Of a stretch of DNA of 64,000 bases, positions 21,761 to 32,039 are shown piece by piece. Source of the DNA: a virus (lineage: Duplodnaviria; Caudoviricetes). The translations under genes and the position numbers were made by a program. The stretch is from the IMG/VR virus record IMGVR_UViG_3300000203_000003, positions 77,979-141,978 of that record; one strand, written 5' to 3'. Each line of letters begins with the position of its first letter. Position 1 is the stretch's first letter. A model generated the notes under the pieces. That model was not told where the DNA came from and searched no databases. It saw only the letters and a program-made list of their open reading frames with translations.

Positions 21761-22381
21761 ATGGTAAATCTACCAATGTTGCAATCGCTCTGCCCCGGTA
21801 CTAAAATAACTGTTCTGGGCCAGTATGCTCCGGCACTCAATGAAGTAATGGACTACTATGAAATAGGTAGTCAGCATAGAATAGCAGGATTTCTTGCTCA
21901 GGTCATCCACGAAAGCGGTGGATTTAACTTGGTGAAAGAAAATCTGAACTACAGCGCAGATGGTCTCCGAAAAACATTCGGTAAATACTTTCCAACAATA
22001 GAACTTGCTACCCAGTATGCCAGACAACCTGAGAAGATTGCTAGTCGCGTGTATGCTAACAGGATGCATAACGGAGATGAAGCATCAGGTGACGGGTATC
22101 GTTTCTGTGGCCGCGGCCTGATTCAGATAACAGGCAGAGAGAACTACACTAAACTTGCCGAAGCACTTGATATGAGCCTGGAAAATTGTGTCAACTATAT
22201 GGAGACACCAGAAGGAGCATGTTCATCAGCGGGATGGTTTTGGGACACTAATCAATTAAATGACTATTGTGATTCAGGTGACTTTATCACTCTTACTAAA
22301 CGCATTAACGGTGGCACCAACGGGCTTGAAGACCGTCGGCACTATTATGACCTGGCTATCGCCCTGCTAAATACACTATGA
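21761..22381 (+). CDS. GH19 chitinase-like lysozyme/endolysin
   Basis: FLAQVIHESGGF, ENLNYS, GRGLIQITGRENY, TKRINGG.NGLEDR. Confidence 0.92.
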   Translation: MVNLPMLQSLCPGTKITVLGQYAPALNEVMDYYEIGSQHRIAGFLAQVIHESGGFNLVKENLNYSADGLRKTFGKYFPTIELATQYARQPEKIASRVYANRMHNGDEASGDGYRFCGRGLIQITGRENYTKLAEALDMSLENCVNYMETPEGACSSAGWFWDTNQLNDYCDSGDFITLTKRINGGTNGLEDRRHYYDLAIALLNTL

Positions 22382-24849
22382 CACAACCTATTTGGAACAC
22401 GACTGCAGGATCACTGGGATCCTTTCCGGCTCTGATATTACTTGATGTTCAATTATCAGCATCGGCACAGCTACCGGCTACTAGCATACAATACTCTTTG
22501 TTGAGTGGAACATTGCCGACAGGGTTATCACTGACTGTTGATGGATTGATTTATGGATTACCGGCACTAGTTATTACAGATACAACAAACACCTTTACTG
22601 TTCGTGTAACAGATAATCTAAATAGTATCCGAGACAGAACATTCTCAATGAAAGTATCCGGTGCAGTTCTTCCGCAGTTTACAACTCCGGAAGGAAGTTT
22701 ATTAAGCACTCAGGACAGTATCTGGACTGAACTTCCGTTAATGTATTCTAATCCATATACTGCTAATGAAGTGATCATAGAGTTGAAGGAAGGGGTTTTG
22801 CCACCGGGACTAGAAATTAATGCGGCAGGGGTTATTCGTGGTTATCCTAATCCGCCTATAGTTAATAATACATTGAATGCCACCGCGACCAATGCCACAA
22901 TTACTACCTCAGGAACTAACTTGATTACATGTGCAACAACTACACATTTTAGCACAGGTCGACCAGTTGTATTTACGGGAACAATTGTGTTTGGTGGGAT
23001 AACGGCCGGCAGAACATATTATATCAAAACAGTGAATAACACAACAACGTTTACTATATCCACCACTCCCGGCGGTGATGTATTCCCCCTGGGCAGTGAT
23101 ACTGGCTCAATGACAGTTACGTTACCAGCAACATCTGTGGGCGCTCCAGCAATACGAACGTATTCCTTTACGTTAAAGTTAATAAGTGGTCTAGGTGGTG
23201 ATACTGCTGCATATTCTATTACAGTAATTAATCAAAATACTCCTGTCAGCGAAGGTGGTCCGGGCAAGACAGCTAATACAAGAGTCCCCACTATTCTCAA
23301 TACTCGGCCACTAACATTTAACATCACTGATGCTGATCCGTATTACGGGTATTATGTTTTACCGCCGATAGCGCCGTCCCAACCAGCGAATATAGGAACT
23401 ATTCAAAGTGGTGATTATTTTGCCTTCAAGATACATGGTGATGACTTCGACAACAATGAACTTGTATATTCATACTCGGGGTTACCTCTTGGGCTAGTTG
23501 GTGATCCTGTAACAGGCTGGATCACTGGAACACCGATTATATCGTCGGGCATAAGTAATTATAACTTTAGTGCAGCCGTCAGTAAAAAATTAAACCCAGG
23601 CATCAGCAGTGTATATTTTAACTTCGGTCTGAAAGTGAGTAACGGTGTTAATGATACTATAACATGGACCACTCCTGCGGATCTAGGAACAATATTCAAC
23701 GGTACTATTAGCACGTTGAGCGTAGAGGCAGCATCGGGTGTTTCTCTGATGTATCGCGTAGTAGGTGGTAGTCTACCACCGAATCTAACTTTATTGGAAA
23801 ATGGTGAAATAACAGGTTATGTATCCGATCAACCTACCGAAGATTTTCTCCTTAAAGGTAACAGCACTATATTTACCGTTACGGTACAGGCATACTCTCT
23901 GCAATATTCTATTATCCACTCTAGCAAAACATTCAGCATAAATGTTCTGCAGGAATATAGTCAACCTACAGATATTTTATATATCAAAGCTGCTCCGAGC
24001 GTAAATGATCGTCAAACCATCGATTCATTATTGACAAACGAAACATTGATACCAACAACAGATTTGTACAGACCGGACGACGGCTATTTTGGTAAAGCAA
24101 CAAGCGTGATTTATGCACATGCGTATGGGATATACGCAAGTGATATCAGCGAGTACATTGCTTCGGTCACTACTAATCATTACTGGAGAAGTATCACTCT
24201 CGGCGAATTAAAAACTGCCGAGGCAAAGAACGACGCCGGAGAGGTTGTGTATGAAGTAGTGTATAGTGAAGTCATTGACAATCTTGTTAATCCTTCTGGA
24301 ACAAGTATAAGTAGTAGCATATATTGGCCTCGACCAATTGACTTGGGTTTGGGACCATGGTATACAAGTGTGACTGACATTTATACCAGTTATGATTTCT
24401 CCGGAACTTATTACACCAGTTTGACTTCAGGATTCGCCCGAATATTATATCCAAATAGTCTGATCAATATGCGTAACAAAGTAGCCGCATCATTGGGTCA
24501 AGAATTCGACAGCAGATTGCTTCCGCTCTGGATGACTAGTCAGCAAGCAAATGGCAGCACACTAGGATACACTCAAGCGTGGGTGATATGTTACACTCTG
24601 CCGGGTAAAGCCAACACAATAAAGAATAATATACAGTCATTATGGCCGCATACGCTGAACGAAATCAATTTCAGCCTTGATAGATTCACGGTTGATAAAA
24701 GTTCTACCTATAATTACAATAAGAACGTGAATCCGGCTGCGTGGACAGGATTGCCAAGCGCAACACCGGTGCCCGATCCACTGAACAGCAAGGACTTTAC
24801 CATACTTTTCCCGCGTAAAACTATTTTACCCGATCAAACTCAATACTAA
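22378..24849 (+). CDS. Virion protein with Ig-like (He_PIG-type) repeats, probably baseplate
   Basis: Repeated G.LP.GL.L...G.I.G.P motifs. Confidence 0.65.
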   Translation: MTQPIWNTTAGSLGSFPALILLDVQLSASAQLPATSIQYSLLSGTLPTGLSLTVDGLIYGLPALVITDTTNTFTVRVTDNLNSIRDRTFSMKVSGAVLPQFTTPEGSLLSTQDSIWTELPLMYSNPYTANEVIIELKEGVLPPGLEINAAGVIRGYPNPPIVNNTLNATATNATITTSGTNLITCATTTHFSTGRPVVFTGTIVFGGITAGRTYYIKTVNNTTTFTISTTPGGDVFPLGSDTGSMTVTLPATSVGAPAIRTYSFTLKLISGLGGDTAAYSITVINQNTPVSEGGPGKTANTRVPTILNTRPLTFNITDADPYYGYYVLPPIAPSQPANIGTIQSGDYFAFKIHGDDFDNNELVYSYSGLPLGLVGDPVTGWITGTPIISSGISNYNFSAAVSKKLNPGISSVYFNFGLKVSNGVNDTITWTTPADLGTIFNGTISTLSVEAASGVSLMYRVVGGSLPPNLTLLENGEITGYVSDQPTEDFLLKGNSTIFTVTVQAYSLQYSIIHSSKTFSINVLQEYSQPTDILYIKAAPSVNDRQTIDSLLTNETLIPTTDLYRPDDGYFGKATSVIYAHAYGIYASDISEYIASVTTNHYWRSITLGELKTAEAKNDAGEVVYEVVYSEVIDNLVNPSGTSISSSIYWPRPIDLGLGPWYTSVTDIYTSYDFSGTYYTSLTSGFARILYPNSLINMRNKVAASLGQEFDSRLLPLWMTSQQANGSTLGYTQAWVICYTLPGKANTIKNNIQSLWPHTLNEINFSLDRFTVDKSSTYNYNKNVNPAAWTGLPSATPVPDPLNSKDFTILFPRKTILPDQTQY

Positions 24850-24857
24850 ATAGATAT

Positions 24858-25880
24858 ATGAGCAATATAAACACCAATGGAATCAACGTAAATTATCCTA
24901 CCCCAGGCGTTAACAACAACAGTCAGGGGTTTCGTGACAACTTTGCCTCGATCAAAACAAACATTACCACAGCAGGTGTGGAGATAACCGATCTTCAGAA
25001 TAAAGTAGTTGTTAAGTCTGCTTTGGCTAACACCGCAGTAAACAATGACATGGCCGGAACGATGATCAGCAACACGCTGACCAGAGGGTTCCGCGCTTCT
25101 ACTTATAATTTGGGCAATGCTCTCTCCGGAACTGTTCTTGTTGATGTGTCTCTCGGTGATGTCCAGTACGGCACCATTGCAGGTAATACGTCATTGACAT
25201 TCACTGGTTGGACTACGGACGGACGAAATAGCGTAGACTTAGAACTTGCTGTATCAAACGCTTCAGCGTTTCTGTCGTTCCCGTCAGCTATCTCAAGTGA
25301 TCAGTGTCTGGGTGTTACTACTCTGGAAAACTATGACAGCGCAAACAACGCAGTGAGCATCCCTTCTGGCGTATGCCAGCTAGATTATACATTGAGTTCA
25401 GTTGATTGCGGTGCTAACATTACAATCGAACCATTCAATCGCCCGAGACGGTCCACACAGATTCGCAGGCGAGCGCCTGCTCCAACTGGATTACTAGGTG
25501 ATATAGCAGGAACAGTGTCAGTTGATGCTAACTATGCGTATGTCTGCACCGGAACATTTGATTCGGGCGGCGCAAATACAGTGATTAAGTTAGGAGTAGC
25601 TGCCACTACAACAGGCACCAATCTTGTCACTCTTCCCAACGTTACCAGTCTTGTTGTTAATGCTCCTATTATATTTTCGGGCACGACATTCGGAAATATA
25701 GTTGCTGACACTGTTTATTACATTAAGTCGATTGCTACTCCCAATATTACGGTCAGTGATACTCGCACCGCAGGAACAGCAGGAACAGTATTTGCTCTGG
25801 ACACCGCATCAGGCACAATGACTGCTACAAGTTATAACGGTACGGACATCTGGAAAAGAATCGCACTCACTTCTTGGTGA
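24858..25880 (+). CDS. Putative baseplate/short fibre protein
   Basis: N-term YP.PG.NN.SQGFRDNF; C-term WKRIAL..W; shares the F.G..FG.I...TYYIK module with the upstream protein. Confidence 0.55.
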   Translation: MSNINTNGINVNYPTPGVNNNSQGFRDNFASIKTNITTAGVEITDLQNKVVVKSALANTAVNNDMAGTMISNTLTRGFRASTYNLGNALSGTVLVDVSLGDVQYGTIAGNTSLTFTGWTTDGRNSVDLELAVSNASAFLSFPSAISSDQCLGVTTLENYDSANNAVSIPSGVCQLDYTLSSVDCGANITIEPFNRPRRSTQIRRRAPAPTGLLGDIAGTVSVDANYAYVCTGTFDSGGANTVIKLGVAATTTGTNLVTLPNVTSLVVNAPIIFSGTTFGNIVADTVYYIKSIATPNITVSDTRTAGTAGTVFALDTASGTMTATSYNGTDIWKRIALTSW

Positions 25881-25902
25881 TAAGTAATGATAGGAGACTA
25901 TC

Positions 25903-26145
25903 ATCGAACATCCTTTCATTAACCCAACTGAGTTGGCAGATAAGTCAATGGACGATCTGCAAACGACCATATCTGCGCTGACCAATAAGCTTAACTATGC
26001 GTATCGTCATGGGCACGGACCATTGATTAATCAACTGAATATGGCTCTGGATAGCTATCGTCAGGCGTACAGTCGCAAAATGGACGACATATTTAAAAAG
26101 CAAAAGATTCATCCAAAAATCTCAATACAGAAAGACGGCGAATGA
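25903..26145 (+). CDS. Small helical hypothetical protein (start uncertain: ATC 25903 or TTG 25933)
   Basis: SD AGGAG at 25892 precedes in-frame ATC; stop overlaps next ATG. Confidence 0.55.
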   Translation: MEHPFINPTELADKSMDDLQTTISALTNKLNYAYRHGHGPLINQLNMALDSYRQAYSRKMDDIFKKQKIHPKISIQKDGE

Positions 26146-26753
26146 CCACCCGAATCCAACGCGACTTCTCTTTTCTCTCAGGAGTCTACTGTGACGAACT
26201 TTTCTCAATGTGTATGTATGAAACCTGTCTATACATTGATGTTGAAACGGATTCGATCCGTGAGCAAAACATCGCTATGGAACGCCTCAGTTACTTCATG
26301 TCAGAATATCTGGAAGATGCGATCTTCATCAAAGAAACTAACAAGAAGATGATTGATCTGTACACCGCTGCAGGCCTTAAAGTTTGTACGCTACCTGAAG
26401 AACCGCATGAGCAAATGATTGCTGTGATGTTGATGCTGAAACTGAACGCTATTGCCGAAGGGAGATTTGTGATCACTGATCTGTCAGTGACTTCAAGCAT
26501 AAGTGCAGGTGTCAGTTATATGTGTGAAATCGACAGCCCAATTGGCCCGTTCGCCGAAACAGGCTGGTGGGACAAAAGCGATGCGTCAATGTCAGCACCC
26601 AATAAGCAAAACAAGAAAGACAAGATCGTCCAATTGTTCCGCACACATAACACAGACTGGACAGAGTTTGGTTTGGGCTGGAAAGAAAAAGAGATTACTC
26701 TCGTTGTGGAAAAGCCCGAAATTTCCTTCGATAAATTACCAGAACAGTTGTAA
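26142..26753 (+). CDS. Hypothetical protein
   Basis: ATGA-coupled ORF in operon. Confidence 0.6.
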   Translation: MTTRIQRDFSFLSGVYCDELFSMCMYETCLYIDVETDSIREQNIAMERLSYFMSEYLEDAIFIKETNKKMIDLYTAAGLKVCTLPEEPHEQMIAVMLMLKLNAIAEGRFVITDLSVTSSISAGVSYMCEIDSPIGPFAETGWWDKSDASMSAPNKQNKKDKIVQLFRTHNTDWTEFGLGWKEKEITLVVEKPEISFDKLPEQL

Positions 26754-26776
26754 TCAACGCCTCTCTGTGCTATAAT
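26748..26776 (+). promoter_or_regulatory. Sigma70-type promoter with extended -10
   Basis: TTGTAA-17-TATAAT with TG; ATG 6 nt downstream. Confidence 0.65.
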
Positions 26777-26782
26777 AGCACA

Positions 26783-27286
26783 ATGAAAACTGATATTTAC
26801 GGCCAACAAATTTACAACGAAGTAGATTTGTGTGGGTTCTTCATGCAAGACCCAGATCGTATGATAAAAGATGCTCTGGTTGAGTCCAAAATCTCGTTTG
26901 ACTCGCTTGAACTAGAAAATGTGCCTAAGTTGAAGTTGTATCAAGATCCGAAACTAACCGTAGACGAATTTGATCAACAAAAACAATCTGATTGGTTCAT
27001 GCCCGAAGAGTATCGACAGCTAGATATTGCTAAATGGGTTCTGGATCAGTGTAAAGATGAGAATGAACTTCAACGAGCAGGGGACGAGCTCCTGAAATAC
27101 AATGACAGAAAAATGCTGGTGCTGCTACAATATCTTAAATATCTTGTAGACACCATGCGTCAGCATAAAATTGTATGGGGCGTGGGTCGGGGAAGTAGTG
27201 TTGCGAGTTTTGTGTTATACCTAATCGGTGTTCATCACATCAACTCACTCTATTACGACCTCGATATAAATGAGTTTTTAAAATAA
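26783..27286 (+). CDS. Stand-alone DNA polymerase III alpha (DnaE)-like fragment
   Basis: R...EL..Y, LVD.MR...IVWGVGRGSSVASFVLYLIGVH.I. Confidence 0.75.
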   Translation: MKTDIYGQQIYNEVDLCGFFMQDPDRMIKDALVESKISFDSLELENVPKLKLYQDPKLTVDEFDQQKQSDWFMPEEYRQLDIAKWVLDQCKDENELQRAGDELLKYNDRKMLVLLQYLKYLVDTMRQHKIVWGVGRGSSVASFVLYLIGVHHINSLYYDLDINEFLK

Positions 27287-27296
27287 AGGAAATATT

Positions 27297-27692
27297 ATGG
27301 CAACACATCGATCAGCAATGGGCAAGTCAGTAGACATGGCTACACTTGCCGCTAAAAATGAAACAGTACGCGCAGTAGGTAACATGAAGGTTAATGCCCG
27401 CGGAGACTCTATCGATTCAATGGGTCGAGTAACACGCCCAGTCACTGAAAAAGTGAACAGCGCATACGCAAAGACTGTAGGTAATCGATCTGCTCAGGTA
27501 AAACCAGCAGCACCCCAAGTAGATGCCGCGCGCCCAACACCGACTGCACCGGTAACAGTAGCTCCTATTGTAGCGACACCGGCAGCAGACCCATTCCAAC
27601 TCAACGAGATTGAACTTGAACTTGAGAACAATCTTGAGGAAGAACTGGAAGTGGAACAGATCAAAGCAGCAGAAAAGAAAAGTAAGAAATAA
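27297..27692 (+). CDS. Hypothetical protein
   Basis: SD AAGGA; phage-like codon usage. Confidence 0.6.
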   Translation: MATHRSAMGKSVDMATLAAKNETVRAVGNMKVNARGDSIDSMGRVTRPVTEKVNSAYAKTVGNRSAQVKPAAPQVDAARPTPTAPVTVAPIVATPAADPFQLNEIELELENNLEEELEVEQIKAAEKKSKK

Positions 27693-27693
27693 C

Positions 27694-28050
27694 ATGGCAG
27701 CAGCATACGCACCAACTGATATCAAAGCACTTCACCCTCTACGCGACACTATTCTGGTAACAGAAATGTCGTTTGATGAGCGTGTCACCTCAACCGGCAT
27801 CGTTCTTATCAACGATGATATGAAAAGTTCGGGCATTCGTCCTCGTTGGGGACGAGTGTATGCTGTCGGACCAGATCAGACTGATGTTAAAGTGGGTCAA
27901 TACATCTGTATCGCTCACGGACGTTGGACCCGCGGTGTTAAGATCAATGATGGAACGGGAAAATTGACCGTTAGAAAAGTTGACAACAACGACATCCTCC
28001 TGGTGAGTGATGAGCCAGTAGCCGATTACACAATGAGTGATAAAGTCTAA
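27694..28050 (+). CDS. groES: GroES/Cpn10-like co-chaperonin
   Basis: LHPLRDTILV, TSTGIVL, GRVYAVGP, VKVGQ, DIL; start at ATG 27694. Confidence 0.8.
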   Translation: MAAAYAPTDIKALHPLRDTILVTEMSFDERVTSTGIVLINDDMKSSGIRPRWGRVYAVGPDQTDVKVGQYICIAHGRWTRGVKINDGTGKLTVRKVDNNDILLVSDEPVADYTMSDKV

Positions 28051-28056
28051 CCAATG

Positions 28057-28135
28057 ATAAATAGTAGTGTAGTTCGCGGGAGTGGAATCCCCAACTACTC
28101 TAACGCTTTAGAGGAGCATCAGCATGACTATTTAT
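28057..28135 (+). promoter_or_regulatory. Conserved structured endonuclease leader, copy A
   Basis: ATAAATAGTAGT-GTAGTT-CGC-GGGA-GTGGAA-TCCC-C-AACTAC-TCTAAC-GCTT-TAGAG-GAGC-ATCAGC-ATG-ACTATTTAT; four more copies in window. Confidence 0.85.
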
Positions 28136-28846
28136 TACCTCATGGTTAAGACCCATAATATCACTGGGTTAAAATACCTATGTCAAACCAAACGAAAAGA
28201 TCCATTAAAATATTTGGGCTCAGGTTTACATTGGGGACGGCATCTTGCCATCCATGGTAAAGCAATCACAACCCTAATCCTCAAGGAATGTAGTTCAATT
28301 GAAGAAATAAAAGAATATGGATTATATTATAGTGAATTGTGGAATATAGTTGATAGCGATGAGTGGGCAAATCTAAAACCTGAGGATGGTCAGGGCTGGG
28401 GTGAAGGTGAACATCACCCGATGCGTGACCCAACGATTCGCGCAAAAATACAAGGTGACAACAATTACCAACGAAAACCGGATTATAGTTGCAGCCAAAC
28501 TACAATAGACAAGATATCAGGTCAAAATCATTACAAAAGTCGGTCGGGGTATATTCCTATTGAGGTAAGTCGGGCTACTAAGAGTAAAATGTCAGCGTCA
28601 CACTGGACAAAACAACCAAATGCAGGTGAAGTTAAATCCAAGATATCCGGTAAAAATAACTATCAATATAATCCTACCATCTATTGTTTCCATAATACTA
28701 TTAATGGAGAGATAATAAGGATGACGCGGTCTGAATTTAAAAATTATACAAATATGCCTAACAATCGGTTAGGAGCATTGATCAATAACAAAAAATATAA
28801 AGGGTGGAAGATATTAGATATCCCACCAAATGATGTTGACATATGA
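28124..28846 (+). CDS. Free-standing GIY-YIG-like endonuclease (MTIYY family)
   Basis: IYYLMVKTHNITGLKYLCQT..DP.KYLGSG..W..HL..HG, WANLKPEDG; C-terminal Y.F.N..GE HTH-like module. Confidence 0.8.
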   Translation: MTIYYLMVKTHNITGLKYLCQTKRKDPLKYLGSGLHWGRHLAIHGKAITTLILKECSSIEEIKEYGLYYSELWNIVDSDEWANLKPEDGQGWGEGEHHPMRDPTIRAKIQGDNNYQRKPDYSCSQTTIDKISGQNHYKSRSGYIPIEVSRATKSKMSASHWTKQPNAGEVKSKISGKNNYQYNPTIYCFHNTINGEIIRMTRSEFKNYTNMPNNRLGALINNKKYKGWKILDIPPNDVDI

Positions 28847-28864
28847 TATTGTTTCTGTTAAAAT
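28836..28864 (+). promoter_or_regulatory. Sigma70-type promoter overlapping the endonuclease 3' end
   Basis: TTGACA-17-TAAAAT with extended TG. Confidence 0.7.
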
Positions 28865-28888
28865 AAACTAACTTTTAAGGAAAATGAA

Positions 28889-29218
28889 ATGCAATGGTTA
28901 GACAAGTGGATCAGCAAAAAAGTTAAACAAGCATGGGACGAGGCGAATAAGCCGGCACGTGATGTTGAGGCAGAGGCATACAACAGTATGAAGATGTCAA
29001 CAATCGGTGGAGGACTAAAGAATACTATCAGCGGTTCCCCCAGGGCAATCGGAATGCAGTTCACGGTGTATCAGGCAAACGGCGGGCATGTACTGGAGTA
29101 TCAATATTACGATCCCAAAACAGACAGACACGCTAACAGCCTGCATCTTATCACTGTCGATCAAAACATGGGCGAAGTGATCGGTCACGCAATAACTCTT
29201 GAAATGTTGAAACGATGA
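28889..29218 (+). CDS. Hypothetical protein
   Basis: SD AAGGA; coupled to the clamp loader gene. Confidence 0.6.
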   Translation: MQWLDKWISKKVKQAWDEANKPARDVEAEAYNSMKMSTIGGGLKNTISGSPRAIGMQFTVYQANGGHVLEYQYYDPKTDRHANSLHLITVDQNMGEVIGHAITLEMLKR

Positions 29219-30147
29219 GTATGATTTCACAACTTTGGGTAGAGCGTTACCGACCGAAGGTCATTGCTGATTATGTTTTTGTCGATGAACGACTGAAACA
29301 ACAAGTAGAGGGTTGGGTTAAAGCAGGTAGCATCCCTCACTTACTATTGTCAGGTGATCCTGGCACAGGTAAGACTACACTGGCAAAAGTTCTGATCAAT
29401 GAACTGGGTGTGTCTGACTATGATGTGATGGAAATCAATGCGTCCAGAGAGCGCGGTATTGATATTGTTAAGACGAAGATCAATGGTTTCGCTCAAACTA
29501 TGCCTTTCGGTAAGTTCAAGATCATTCTACTTGACGAAGCAGATTACACAACGCCTGACTTTCAAGCTGCGTTACGATCTGACATGGAAGCGTATGCCGA
29601 TACAGTCAGGTTCATTCTGACATGTAACTACGAGGCAAAGATCATTCCGGCGCTGCGTGAAAGTCGCTGTCACAAGGTTCACATCGCCAAGCCAGATCGT
29701 GTTGAATTTACTGCACGGGCAGCAACAGTTCTTGTCACAGAAGGCGTCGAGTTTGACCTTGACACTCTTGACAGTTATATTCGTGTGACTTATCCCGATC
29801 TGCGTAAGACGCTGAATCAACTTCAAGTCAACAGCAGCACCGGTAAGTTGTTGCCACCGCAGGTGTCAGGTTCCAGTGAAAATGAACTGCTTATTGAAGC
29901 AACGACTTTGATCAAAGCAGGGAAGATTCTTGAAGGACGACAACAACTGATGCAGTATATTGCGCTGTATCCTACCCGGATCGAGGACACCTACAAGTGG
30001 ATGTACGAAAATCTTGATCTGTGGGGCAAGTCGAATGAAAAACGTGACGCCAGCATCATCATAATCAGAAATGGTCTGGCAACGCTGCCTCTGGTGGGCA
30101 TCCCTGAGATATCGCTGGCAGCTTCGCTGGTTGAACTTACTACTTAG
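29215..30147 (+). CDS. gp44: Clamp loader AAA+ subunit (gp44/RFC-small-like)
   Basis: LWVERYRP, GDPGTGKT, EINAS, LLDEAD, RFILTCNY, SRC, DLRK.LN.LQ. Confidence 0.92.
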   Translation: MSMISQLWVERYRPKVIADYVFVDERLKQQVEGWVKAGSIPHLLLSGDPGTGKTTLAKVLINELGVSDYDVMEINASRERGIDIVKTKINGFAQTMPFGKFKIILLDEADYTTPDFQAALRSDMEAYADTVRFILTCNYEAKIIPALRESRCHKVHIAKPDRVEFTARAATVLVTEGVEFDLDTLDSYIRVTYPDLRKTLNQLQVNSSTGKLLPPQVSGSSENELLIEATTLIKAGKILEGRQQLMQYIALYPTRIEDTYKWMYENLDLWGKSNEKRDASIIIIRNGLATLPLVGIPEISLAASLVELTT

Positions 30148-30155
30148 GAACAAAC

Positions 30156-30425
30156 ATGAGATACTTACTTATTACATTCGTCCGTAAACCGGGCGGTCAG
30201 ATTGACGAAATGGTCACTGTGTCGAAGCGAGTAAAGACTTCTGATCTGCAAACTTGTAATGTGATTATGGATTACGGCAAGAAGAAAGTCGATAAGTGCG
30301 TTATCGAAGGCAAGGTCCTGGAGCGAGACTGGGAAAATATGAATGGGTACTACAAAAAGATTTACCCTAAATTGATCGATCAGCTTGAGAAAGAAGCACC
30401 GATCACAACTAAAGCAAAGAAATAA
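30156..30425 (+). CDS. Hypothetical protein
   Basis: SD AGGA; ends at a terminator. Confidence 0.6.
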   Translation: MRYLLITFVRKPGGQIDEMVTVSKRVKTSDLQTCNVIMDYGKKKVDKCVIEGKVLERDWENMNGYYKKIYPKLIDQLEKEAPITTKAKK

Positions 30426-30426
30426 A

Positions 30427-30449
30427 AAACGGGGCCATGAGCCCCGTTT
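30427..30449. terminator. Bidirectional terminator between convergent genes
   Basis: AAACGGGGC-CATGA-GCCCCGTTT. Confidence 0.8.
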
Positions 30450-30452
30450 AGT

Positions 30453-31235
30453 TTATGAGTACAATCTAAGTACCTGTTCAATGATTCTGTGTCGCTGAAC
30501 ATCTTTAACTTCAAACTCACACGCAGTAATCCCTGCTACCGGCCGCTTATCTAATCTGTTAACTAAATCTAACAAACCATTATCTGCTTTCTTCTGGTCT
30601 GTCTGATCGGTATCACCTGTCAGGATAATCTTGGAGTTCTGTCCAATACGTGTCATCAACATCTTTAACTGTCCTGGTTTGGCATTCTGGCCTTCATCAA
30701 GAATGATGATAGAGTCTTTGAACGTGCGACCACGCATGAATCCAAGAGGGGAGAACTCAATGGTCTGTTCGGCCATCATCTCTGTAAGTTCTTTGACAGT
30801 GTAATACTCATGCAGAATATCAACCATTGGACGAACCCAAGGGGCAAGTTTTTCGTTCAGATCACCTGGCAAGAAACCGTGATCTTCATCTTCAACAGCA
30901 ACCGCAGGGCGTGTTAACACAATGCGTTTACACTCACCGGCGCGTAGTGCTTTGACTGCTGCAAGAATAGCAAGATACGTTTTACCGGTACCGGCTGGTC
31001 CAGATACGACTACGATATCTGTGTCTTGGTCAAGTAAAGCAATGATGTATTTTTCTTGGTTGAGAGACTTGGGGACGAGAACGACTGGCCTTTTGTTGAC
31101 TTTTGGCGCTTTTTGAGTTTGAGCAAAGTCTATTGTTTTGGAGTCGTTTAGATAAAATGATTTTTGGTTCTTTCTTTTGTCTTGTAAAAATGGGATATCC
31201 TGATCGCGTACAGCACTTGTGCGTTTTCTTGACAT
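30453..31235 (-). CDS. phoH: PhoH-like ATPase
   Basis: GPAGTGKTYLA, LTRPAV, GFLPGDL.EK, FMRGRTF, ILDEGQN, TGD.DQ.D, DVQRH. Confidence 0.93.
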   Translation of the reverse strand: MSRKRTSAVRDQDIPFLQDKRKNQKSFYLNDSKTIDFAQTQKAPKVNKRPVVLVPKSLNQEKYIIALLDQDTDIVVVSGPAGTGKTYLAILAAVKALRAGECKRIVLTRPAVAVEDEDHGFLPGDLNEKLAPWVRPMVDILHEYYTVKELTEMMAEQTIEFSPLGFMRGRTFKDSIIILDEGQNAKPGQLKMLMTRIGQNSKIILTGDTDQTDQKKADNGLLDLVNRLDKRPVAGITACEFEVKDVQRHRIIEQVLRLYS

Positions 31236-31346
31236 GTATAGATCCTTTAAGGAGTGTGAAATGAGAAGACCATCTTCTCAATAGTATTTAAGTTGTGTTC
31301 ATCCTTAAGATAGTGCTAGTTATTGCTTAATGCGGTTTACTAAATA

Positions 31347-32039
31347 TTAAGCTAGATGCATACTCCATCCGCTTACTGATTTGCGATTGCCTAAAACCAG
31401 TTCATTAATATTACCGGGGTGCAAATTATATGCTATTACCAGTGCTTTCTTAGTAGAATTAACTATCGTATTGGTCGCTGAGTGAAGGAATGAATATCTA
31501 GTAGCCGGGATGTCAGACAATCTCCATCCCTTTAAGAATTGTAACTTGCCACTAGTCAGTTCCCCGACTCCGCTCTTATACATACCGAATTCCCTACAAA
31601 ATTCCGACCGAACCATTCTGACATGTCGGTCAGTCTCATTGTGATAAAAATCATAGATGGTGTGGTCATAATTATACGCATTTTTACCTTTAATATGATT
31701 TTTTGCAATTATTTTGATATGCTCGTATGAGCGTGATGTTACTCTCCCGTTGTACCTGCTCATTCTACACATCGTCATAAATGCATAACACATTCTTGCC
31801 TTATGTTCACTGGTTGTTATCTTAGTAAGTAACCAATGGGCGATAAAATGTTCTCGTATGGTAAGTGCAACGGTGTGAGTACCGCCCATTGACTTAGGAA
31901 TAAAATGGTGCCGTTCAACATTTGTTTTAAGTCGCGCCCTTTGTTGAGCGTTAATAATAAGTTGCACATACCATGCGCTGTACTTGTTATTTAAGAATAC
32001 GTTTGTATTAAGGTGCTCGGCGAGTGAATAAATAGTCAT
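31347..32039 (-). CDS. Free-standing HNH endonuclease (MobE-like)
   Basis: ERHHFIPKSMGG..LTIREHFIAHWLL; two C-terminal HTH-like repeats ending KGW/SGW; likely start MTIYS at 32039. Confidence 0.8.
   Translation of the reverse strand: MTIYSLAEHLNTNVFLNNKYSAWYVQLIINAQQRARLKTNVERHHFIPKSMGGTHTVALTIREHFIAHWLLTKITTSEHKARMCYAFMTMCRMSRYNGRVTSRSYEHIKIIAKNHIKGKNAYNYDHTIYDFYHNETDRHVRMVRSEFCREFGMYKSGVGELTSGKLQFLKGWRLSDIPATRYSFLHSATNTIVNSTKKALVIAYNLHPGNINELVLGNRKSVSGWSMHLA

Noticed and set aside
28057-28135. tRNA (amber suppressor) reading of the leader, from CTCTAA and the T-arm-like GGAATCCC
   Set aside because: No cloverleaf; elements are in the wrong order; no acceptor stem or CCA. No tRNA genes were recognised in the window.
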